Of a stretch of 64,000 bases of DNA, positions 9,450 through 15,179 are shown piece after piece (the first letter of the stretch is position 1; each line of letters opens with the position of its first letter). The position numbers and the translations under genes are program-made. The stretch comes from a virus, in IMG/VR virus record IMGVR_UViG_3300045988_034373, positions 96,001-160,000 of that record; one strand, written 5' to 3'. The notes beneath the pieces were generated by a model. The model did no database searches, was not told the DNA's origin, and worked only from the letters and a program-made list of their open reading frames with translations.

Positions 9450-9722
9450 GTGAGTCATTTATCACCAGTGAGCCAGGTAACTCAATGCTTTCCGTTATAT
9501 AAAAGTAATGAGAAGCATTTGGTTACCCCTATTAAGTGGGAAGATTGTAAGGTAGGTGATGTAGTGTTCTGTAAGGTTAGAGGTTCATGTGTAACTCATA
9601 AGGTCTATGCAGTAGACAATGAGAAGGGTTGCTTAATAGGTAACAACAAAGGACACATGAACGGCTGGACTAAGAATGTATACGGACTTGCTCATAAAAT
9701 TGACCAATCATTTAAAGACTAA
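9450..9722 (+). CDS. hypothetical protein
   Basis: 90-aa ORF with a GTG start; the true start is uncertain. GDVVFCKV...THKVYAV...LIGNN is vaguely S24/S26-barrel-like. No catalytic residues were identified. Confidence 0.4.
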   Translation: MSHLSPVSQVTQCFPLYKSNEKHLVTPIKWEDCKVGDVVFCKVRGSCVTHKVYAVDNEKGCLIGNNKGHMNGWTKNVYGLAHKIDQSFKD

Positions 9723-9728
9723 GAAAGC

Positions 9729-10424
9729 TTGAAAATATGTGTAACGTCTGACTTACATGGCATTCTTCCTAAAATAGAAGAGCCTTGTGAGGTAGTGTTG
9801 ATATGCGGAGATATTATGCCACTGCGTATGCAGAGGAACATCCCTCAGAGTGAAAAGTGGCTAAAGACCACATTCGCCGATTGGGTTAATAATCTCCCAT
9901 GCGAATCAGTAATCATGGTGGGAGGTAATCATGACTTTGCCTTAGCTAATATGTATAGGCAACCTCTAAAGATTAACTCAATCTTGACAAATCCTACCAA
10001 TGGTAAACTGGAACTATTAGATAATGAAGCAACATCCGTTATTAGTAAGGATGGTAAGGTATATGATATATGGGGAACTCCCTATTGTAAAATCTTCGGT
10101 AACTGGGCATATATGTATGAGCCAGAGACTTTGATTAAAGCATATGAATCTATGCCTCAGCATTGCGATATTGTTATATCTCACGATGCACCTAAGCTGT
10201 GTGGTTTAGGTGTTATTCACCAGAGATTTGACAGAGAAGATGCTGGTAATCCTTGGTTAGCTGATGAAATGCTTCGTAAACATCCTAGATACACATTCTG
10301 TGGACATATTCATAGTGGTGAGCATGAACTGCAAACCTTTGACGATATGAAGATGGCTAATGTATCTTTAGTAGATGAAACTTACACTGAAACTTTTAAA
10401 CCTTTATACCTCGATGTCGAATAA
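9729..10424 (+). CDS. calcineurin-like metallophosphoesterase (second copy, divergent)
   Basis: TTG start. Motifs SDLHG, CGDIM, GGNHD, SHDAP and GHIHSG. Confidence 0.7.
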   Translation: MKICVTSDLHGILPKIEEPCEVVLICGDIMPLRMQRNIPQSEKWLKTTFADWVNNLPCESVIMVGGNHDFALANMYRQPLKINSILTNPTNGKLELLDNEATSVISKDGKVYDIWGTPYCKIFGNWAYMYEPETLIKAYESMPQHCDIVISHDAPKLCGLGVIHQRFDREDAGNPWLADEMLRKHPRYTFCGHIHSGEHELQTFDDMKMANVSLVDETYTETFKPLYLDVE

Positions 10425-10623
10425 TAAAGTTGTAGTACAAGGAGGAGTTGGATTCCCTGGATTGTTGTTTATAGTACTGTTAGTTTGTAAACTATTTGGT
10501 GCTAACATAACATGGTTCTGGGTATTTGCTCCATTATGGATTCCGCTTGCATTAATAGCTGGATTCTTTATTGTATCAATTCTAATTGCAATACTTGTAG
10601 CATGGAAAAGAAAACTACTTTAG
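10414..10623 (+). CDS. small membrane protein (two predicted TM helices)
   Basis: The ATG at 10414 is preferred. Hydrophobic stretches are GFPGLLFIVLLVCKLF and WFWVFAPLWIPLALIAGFFIVSILIAILV. Confidence 0.55.
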   Translation: MSNNKVVVQGGVGFPGLLFIVLLVCKLFGANITWFWVFAPLWIPLALIAGFFIVSILIAILVAWKRKLL

Positions 10624-10739
10624 TAGTTGTGGACTTCCAGTATGACTTCTGTCTGCTGGGAGCACCACTCTACGTTCCTGGGTCTGATAAGGCTCTGTGG
10701 AACATTTCTCATTTAATTGAGAATAAGAAAGTTTTTTAA
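10602..10739 (+). pseudogene. 45-codon remnant of an isochorismatase/nicotinamidase (PncA-like) N-terminus
   Basis: MEKKTTLVVVDFQYDFCLLGAPLYVPGSDKAL matches the characteristic N-terminal strand and DFxxGG-L-V-PG region of the family. It then stops, and no continuation is found in any frame of 10740-10905. Confidence 0.35.
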
Positions 10740-10789
10740 TTCTAGGTTCAAAAGATTACTTAGTCCTATCATAGTACCTAGAGAACTAT

Positions 10790-10909
10790 ATGATTGACTT
10801 CCTAGAGCTAATCCTAGAATTAGTAAATGTTAAATCACGTAATGAGCTAGTGGCTCTGCTTGTTATGGGCGGAGTACTAGCCGTTATCTATTATTTGTTT
10901 CTTGTATGA
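10790..10909 (+). CDS. possible 39-aa membrane-anchored peptide
   Basis: MIDFLELILELVNVKSRNELVALLVMGGVLAVIYYLFLV. Its stop overlaps the next ATG (ATGA). Confidence 0.35.
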   Translation: MIDFLELILELVNVKSRNELVALLVMGGVLAVIYYLFLV

Positions 10910-11157
10910 AATTATATTATTTATTCTTATTGGTAATGTTCTTCTTAATGGGTTGTACTAATTCATCTAACATTAGTGGTCCAGATGTTATAGGGACATC
11001 TAAGATGAATGGGGATGTGTACAGGTACACCATTGATGAGCATGAGTATATAAAAATGGGTAATGGCTTTGCACACTCTGGTGCTTGTAAGAAGTGCAAG
11101 AAGGAGTTGGAAAGTACTATCCGTAAAATAGTTAAGGAGGAACGTTCACAATGGTAG
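10906..11157 (+). CDS. small lipoprotein
   Basis: Signal peptide with lipobox: MKLYYLFLLVMFFLMG-C. The mature part is about 66 aa, with CKKC. Confidence 0.65.
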   Translation: MKLYYLFLLVMFFLMGCTNSSNISGPDVIGTSKMNGDVYRYTIDEHEYIKMGNGFAHSGACKKCKKELESTIRKIVKEERSQW

Positions 11158-11711
11158 GAGTATTCTTTGGGTCTTTTGACCCACCCCATATTGGTCATGT
11201 TAATATTGTCACAGCTGCACTTAATTCTGGTATTGTTGACAAGGTTATAGTAGTTCCAGCATATAAGAGTGTATGGAAGAACACTGAAACTAAGTGGGAG
11301 TATAGACTCACTATGGCTAAGGAAACCTTTGATAACATTCCTGGAGTAGTTGTGGATGGCATTGAGTATCGTATCGCTAATGGAGAACCATTGCCTACTT
11401 ATAAGACCATTGAAGCATTAAAAGAGATTTATGGTGAGTTTATCATCGTAACATCTGCTGAGACTTATAAGGAGATTCCAAGATGGCAGCATGGTGAGGA
11501 GATACTAAAGGACAATAAGTTCTTAGTAGTAGATGTAGCACACTTTAATAGTGAGGATATTCCACATGATGAAGTGAAGGTTATCTATGCTCCTGATATT
11601 ACAATATGCTCTACAGCTATCAGAAAGTGGGTTGACAATGGTAGAATTATATTGCCATTTGTAACAGATGAAGTAAATTCAATAATTAGAAAGCTTGGGT
11701 TATACAAATGA
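11151..11711 (+). CDS. nicotinamide/nicotinate mononucleotide adenylyltransferase (NadD/NMNAT family)
   Basis: GSFDPPHIGH, the (H/T)xGH nucleotidyltransferase motif, and the C-terminal ICSTAIRKW (SxTxxR). Confidence 0.8.
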   Translation: MVGVFFGSFDPPHIGHVNIVTAALNSGIVDKVIVVPAYKSVWKNTETKWEYRLTMAKETFDNIPGVVVDGIEYRIANGEPLPTYKTIEALKEIYGEFIIVTSAETYKEIPRWQHGEEILKDNKFLVVDVAHFNSEDIPHDEVKVIYAPDITICSTAIRKWVDNGRIILPFVTDEVNSIIRKLGLYK

Positions 11712-12241
11712 GTCAAATCTATGTTTCAGGTCCTTGGTCTTTTGCTTCTGGAGTACAGCAAGTAGTTAAGAGTATAAAGGCTAAATCTAAGGGAGATAAG
11801 GTAGTTTATAGTGAGAAAGGAACTGAATATCAATTCTCTAAACTAGAACAATCCGACTATGTCGTATTCGTGTTGGATGGATTTGCATGGCAACAGAGGT
11901 TAGAAAGTATTTCTAAGGGAATGCTCTCAGAACTCATATGGTGTATTAATCATAGAGTTCCAATGTTCCTAGCTTACAAATCAGCTAACGGATTAGGCAT
12001 ATATGCAACTGAAATAGATGACAATTTAACCTTTAAGGGGATTGCAGGCACTGCTGACACCTTCTATCAGATTATAAACAATCAGTTTGGGACTATTGTA
12101 GCTCCAAATGATACTCCTGGGTTTGTTCTGAGTCACCAAGACACAGTATTAGGGAGTGATTGTGTATATTTGAAGGGAGAGTGGATAGCTGACCCATTAG
12201 ATTTCCTTAATGTTGAACAACCAAAGAGTTACTTTTATTAA
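11708..12241 (+). CDS. hypothetical protein, possibly with a nucleoside 2-deoxyribosyltransferase-like Rossmannoid fold
   Basis: ATGA overlap. IYVSGPWS ... SDYVVFVLDG ... GMLSELIWCINHRVPMFLAY resembles the NDT/DUF4406 pattern. The assignment is tentative. Confidence 0.55.
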   Translation: MSQIYVSGPWSFASGVQQVVKSIKAKSKGDKVVYSEKGTEYQFSKLEQSDYVVFVLDGFAWQQRLESISKGMLSELIWCINHRVPMFLAYKSANGLGIYATEIDDNLTFKGIAGTADTFYQIINNQFGTIVAPNDTPGFVLSHQDTVLGSDCVYLKGEWIADPLDFLNVEQPKSYFY

Positions 12242-12242
12242 T

Positions 12243-12785
12243 ATGAAGAACTTTCCTTTATTAGACGAGAATGGTAAGGAATGGTGGATTAGCCGTTCTA
12301 TTGCTGTAACAGGATGTATATTTACATTCCTAAATGGTAAGTGGTGTGTGCTAGCCAATAAGAGAGGTGAAGGCACTCCCGATTTCCAGGGAATGTGGAA
12401 TATGCCATGTGGTTACTTAGACTTTGATGAAACTACAGCACAAGCTGTGGTTAGAGAGGTTTATGAAGAGACTGGTGTCAAGGTGAATCCAGAGTACTTA
12501 CACTTCTGGAAGTTCAATGACTCTCCAACTCAGAATAGGCAGAATGTATCATTCAGATACTATGCTCTAGTTGATGCACAGCCAGGTAATATCAGTGTAG
12601 GCACTGGTAATGACAGAGGTGGTGAAGAGGACGAGGTAGAAGCTATTGGATGGATTCCAGTAGACTCTATTGATAAATATCAGTGGGCATTTGGTCACGA
12701 TGAGATTATCAAAGAGTTTACTGAGTGGATGCACTTAGAAGATGGAGATTTGGATATGCAAGACATAGACTTAGACCCAGTATGA
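12243..12785 (+). CDS. Nudix hydrolase
   Basis: Complete Nudix box GYLDFDETTAQAVVREVYEETGV (Gx5Ex7REUxEExGU). The ATG at 12243 is preferred. Confidence 0.8.
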   Translation: MKNFPLLDENGKEWWISRSIAVTGCIFTFLNGKWCVLANKRGEGTPDFQGMWNMPCGYLDFDETTAQAVVREVYEETGVKVNPEYLHFWKFNDSPTQNRQNVSFRYYALVDAQPGNISVGTGNDRGGEEDEVEAIGWIPVDSIDKYQWAFGHDEIIKEFTEWMHLEDGDLDMQDIDLDPV

Positions 12786-13159
12786 CATACTTTATAAGTG
12801 GACATAGAGACTTAACATGGGAGGAGTTTGCCAGATGGTATGCTCCTGCCATTAGTAAAGTCATTTGTACAGACAGTGAAGCTAAATTTGTTGTAGGAGA
12901 CTGTGAAGGTGCAGATAGAATGGCACAAGACTATCTATCATCCTGTGGAGTTTTCTTTAAGAATGTCACTGTATATCATATGTTTAAAGCTCCTAGATAT
13001 ATGACTAGAAGCTGTGTCCCTACACAAGGAGGTTTTACATCTGATGTAGAGAGGGATACGGCTATGACTGAGCACTCAGATTGTGATATTGCCTTTATTC
13101 GTAAGGGTAAGGAGTCGTCTGGAACTGCTCAAAACATTCTAAGAAGATGGACAAAGTAG
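12782..13159 (+). CDS. hypothetical protein, possibly SLOG/DprA-LOG-like (DUF2493-type)
   Basis: ATGA overlap with the Nudix stop. FISGHR ... VVGDCEGADRMAQ ... ERDTAM ... SDCDIAF ... SSGTAQN. The assignment is tentative. Confidence 0.55.
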   Translation: MTYFISGHRDLTWEEFARWYAPAISKVICTDSEAKFVVGDCEGADRMAQDYLSSCGVFFKNVTVYHMFKAPRYMTRSCVPTQGGFTSDVERDTAMTEHSDCDIAFIRKGKESSGTAQNILRRWTK

Positions 13160-13329
13160 AAGAATACTTCAATAATAAGAATCTGACTGATAAGGAAAGA
13201 TTTGAAGTCTTGAGGTTACATTTTACTAGTCTATTCCTACAACATCCTAAGATGCTCGAAGTTCTATCTTATAAGGATATAGTACTGAAAGCTAAAGAAT
13301 TTACCAAAGAATATCTAAAGCATGAATAA
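13147..13329 (+). CDS. hypothetical protein
   Basis: 60-aa ORF overlapping both neighbours. Confidence 0.45.
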   Translation: MDKVEEYFNNKNLTDKERFEVLRLHFTSLFLQHPKMLEVLSYKDIVLKAKEFTKEYLKHE

Positions 13330-13832
13330 GTTTATATTCCTAGACATAGATGGGGTTATGAATAGTAATCTCTTCTACTCTGAAAGAACCCAAGATAAGA
13401 GATATAATGATTGGATTAAAGAGCATCCTCAGCGTATAGCTTGGAATGCTTGTAATATTGACCCAAGAGCAGTGGAAAGGCTGAACAGACTTACTGATGC
13501 TACTGGAGCCAAGATTGTTGTATCTTCTACTTGGAGAAGTGATAGTAATTTGCAGGAAGTATTTAACCTTGTTGGAATTAAAGAACCTATACACGATGTA
13601 ACTCCTTATATGAGAAGTAGGCATAGAGGTTCCGAAATCCAAGAGTGGTTAGATAAGCAAACTGAACCTTATCGGTATGTAATCTTTGACGATGATACTG
13701 ATATGTTGGACTCTCAATTACCTTATTTCAATTCAATCTGATTGGTTGAAATGGGGTCTAAGTGATGAAGATGTTGAACAAGCAATACATATTCTAAATG
13801 ATACCGATACAACCGCTGAGACACATCTATAA
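13322..13832 (+). CDS. HAD-superfamily phosphatase (HAD_SAK-like); requires a +1 frame change near 13739
   Basis: HAD motifs FLDIDGVMN, VVSSTWR and VIFDDDTD lie in frame 2, which ends at TGA 13739-13741. Frame 3 is open from 13683 to 13832 and encodes DWLKWGLSDEDVEQAIHIL, the type of C-terminus I recall for this family. Confidence 0.65.
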
Positions 13833-13952
13833 TGACCCTTCATTGGATAGAGCACTTCTATTAAGGAAGCTAGCATCTCTCAGACTAAAAGAGTATGATT
13901 AGTATTGAAGAGTATGAGTATTTAAAACATTTAATAAGAAAGGAGAACGAAA

Positions 13953-14417
13953 ATGCTCAGAGAGCAAATGGGTGCACTTATTAAGCAATCAATGCTTGAT
14001 AAGAATGTAAAGAGAACAGAAGTATTGAGAGCTATCAAGAATGAGTTCTTGGTATACCAAACTGCTAAGGGTGCTAAACCTTTAGATGATGCAGCCGAGT
14101 TTACTATTCTTCGTAAGATGGTAAAACAGAGATTGGACAGTAGAGACCAATACATTGCAGCTGGAAGGAAAGACTTAGCCGATAACGAATCCAAAGAGAT
14201 TCTTGTGCTTGAGTCTTTCCTTCCGAGTGAAGCCTCACCTGAGGAAATTACTAAAGCAATCTATGAGGTTATCTCAGAGAAGGGTTGGGGTGACGGAGAG
14301 ACAGGTCCCCAAATCCCGAAGAAGTGCATGGGAGAGGCTATTAAGTTGGTCAAGGCAAAGCTTGCTAATGTAGATGGTAAACTGTTGGCTGATACAATTA
14401 AGACTTATCTTGTATGA
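13953..14417 (+). CDS. GatB/YqeY-domain protein
   Basis: LRAIKNE ... ILRKMVKQRLDSRDQYIAAGRKDLADNESKEILVLESFLP matches the YqeY family pattern. AGGAG lies 8 nt upstream of the ATG. Confidence 0.75.
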   Translation: MLREQMGALIKQSMLDKNVKRTEVLRAIKNEFLVYQTAKGAKPLDDAAEFTILRKMVKQRLDSRDQYIAAGRKDLADNESKEILVLESFLPSEASPEEITKAIYEVISEKGWGDGETGPQIPKKCMGEAIKLVKAKLANVDGKLLADTIKTYLV

Positions 14418-14626
14418 CACTAAAGGAAATAGTGACTCTTCCAGCTGAAGCAAAGTTTACTCATGCAATAGCTGGAACTCTTTACTATAGAATCACAACT
14501 GACAATATAGTAGTAGAGTTTCCTATTGATATGAATGATAAGGATGATGTAGGTACAACTACATTTGTAGCTTCTTATAAGCCTATTTACATTAATGAGG
14601 TACATAAGAAAGGCTATGGAGAATGA
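14414..14626 (+). CDS. hypothetical protein
   Basis: 70-aa ORF with an ATGA overlap. It is the last gene of the early block. Confidence 0.5.
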   Translation: MTLKEIVTLPAEAKFTHAIAGTLYYRITTDNIVVEFPIDMNDKDDVGTTTFVASYKPIYINEVHKKGYGE

Positions 14627-14729
14627 AACTTTGATTACAATTGATAAGTCTAAGTTAAAGTAATTGTACTGTGTAATAATTAACTAATATGTCTTACTCT
14701 ACTCGAATTTCATAAAATACTTGGTTTAA

Positions 14730-14761
14730 TTTGGTAATACTGCTTATAATGCTTATATTTG
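14730..14761 (+). promoter_or_regulatory. Bacteroidota-type promoter (-33 TTTG / -7 TAnnTTTG)
   Basis: TTTG (14730-14733), a 20-nt spacer, then TATATTTG (14754-14761). It sits about 40 nt upstream of the ATG at 14801, in the largest intergenic region of the window. Confidence 0.5.
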
Positions 14762-14800
14762 CAGAAATTAAGTGGTTAAACTGTTTAAACGTATTAATTT

Positions 14801-15115
14801 ATGAAAATCGAAGAGAAATTTAAAAAATTCCAACAAGGTGGTGCTGCACCTCAGCCAGGAGCTGAACAAGCAGGAGGAGCACCAGCCGAGGGAGCACCAG
14901 CAGAAGGTGGTGCACCTGCTGAGGGTGGACAAGACCCAATGCAACAGATTCTACAAGTAGCTGCTCAGGCAGTTCGGACACAGAATTGTGAAGCTGCGAT
15001 GGCTGTGTGTCAAGCCCTAATGCAAATCGCTCAAGGTGGTGCTGCTCAGGAACAAGCTCCTCAAGAGGAACCAACTTTTGCAAGGAAAGGTGCTAGACTA
15101 GTAAGAGTAAGATAA
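14801..15115 (+). CDS. small Ala/Gly/Pro/Gln-rich protein with N-terminal KFQQGG motif
   Basis: 104-aa ORF, visibly more GC-rich than its surroundings. It is flanked by the promoter above and the terminator below. Confidence 0.65.
   Translation: MKIEEKFKKFQQGGAAPQPGAEQAGGAPAEGAPAEGGAPAEGGQDPMQQILQVAAQAVRTQNCEAAMAVCQALMQIAQGGAAQEQAPQEEPTFARKGARLVRVR
14876..14929 (+). repeat. imperfect tandem coding repeat (G)APAEG x3
   Basis: gga gca cca gcc gag / gga gca cca gca gaa ggt / ggt gca cct gct gag ggt gga, translating to GAPAEGAPAEGGAPAEGG. Confidence 0.8.
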
Positions 15116-15134
15116 TTAGTCAACAAGGTAAGAA

Positions 15135-15166
15135 GGGGCGTATATTAATTATATGCTCCTTTTTTG
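15135..15166 (+). terminator. intrinsic terminator
   Basis: GGGGCGTATA / TATATGCTCC stem (10 bp including 2 G-U pairs), a 5-nt loop, then TTTTTT. Confidence 0.6.
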
Positions 15167-15179
15167 TTATACATAGTAT

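Noticed and set aside
9447-9468. 7-bp inverted repeat CTGGTGA/TCACCAG spanning the GTG start at 9450.
   Set aside because: It is short, has an 8-nt loop and no U-tract, and is compatible with chance. It may merely reflect uncertainty about the start codon.
10512-10601. N-terminal 30 codons of the track ORF 10512-10739.
   Set aside because: This part is an out-of-frame overlap with the membrane-protein gene. Only the segment from the ATG at 10602 shows family resemblance.
10740-10789. A +1 continuation after the TAA of the nicotinamidase fragment, tested by analogy with the three frameshift sites.
   Set aside because: The +1 frame gives NSRFKRLLSPIIVPRELYD-stop, with no resemblance to the rest of the isochorismatase fold. 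It is treated as a deletion relic.
13833-13952. Non-coding gap scanned for tRNA or small RNA. It contains short ORFs, such as MISIEEYEYLKHLIRKENENAQRANGCTY at 13895, and a GAGTATGA direct repeat.
   Set aside because: There is no tRNA-like arm structure or T-loop consensus. The ORFs are short and overlap the yqeY start region out of frame.
14624-14662. A +1 continuation after the TGA of the 14414-14626 gene (would add EETLITIDKSKLK).
   Set aside because: It adds only 13 codons with no homology support, so it cannot be distinguished from chance.
14820-15083. 87-aa ORF antisense to the Ala/Gly/Pro-rich gene.
   Set aside because: It is a mirror-frame artefact of a GC-rich, repeat-containing coding region. 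The promoter and terminator orientation supports the + strand gene.
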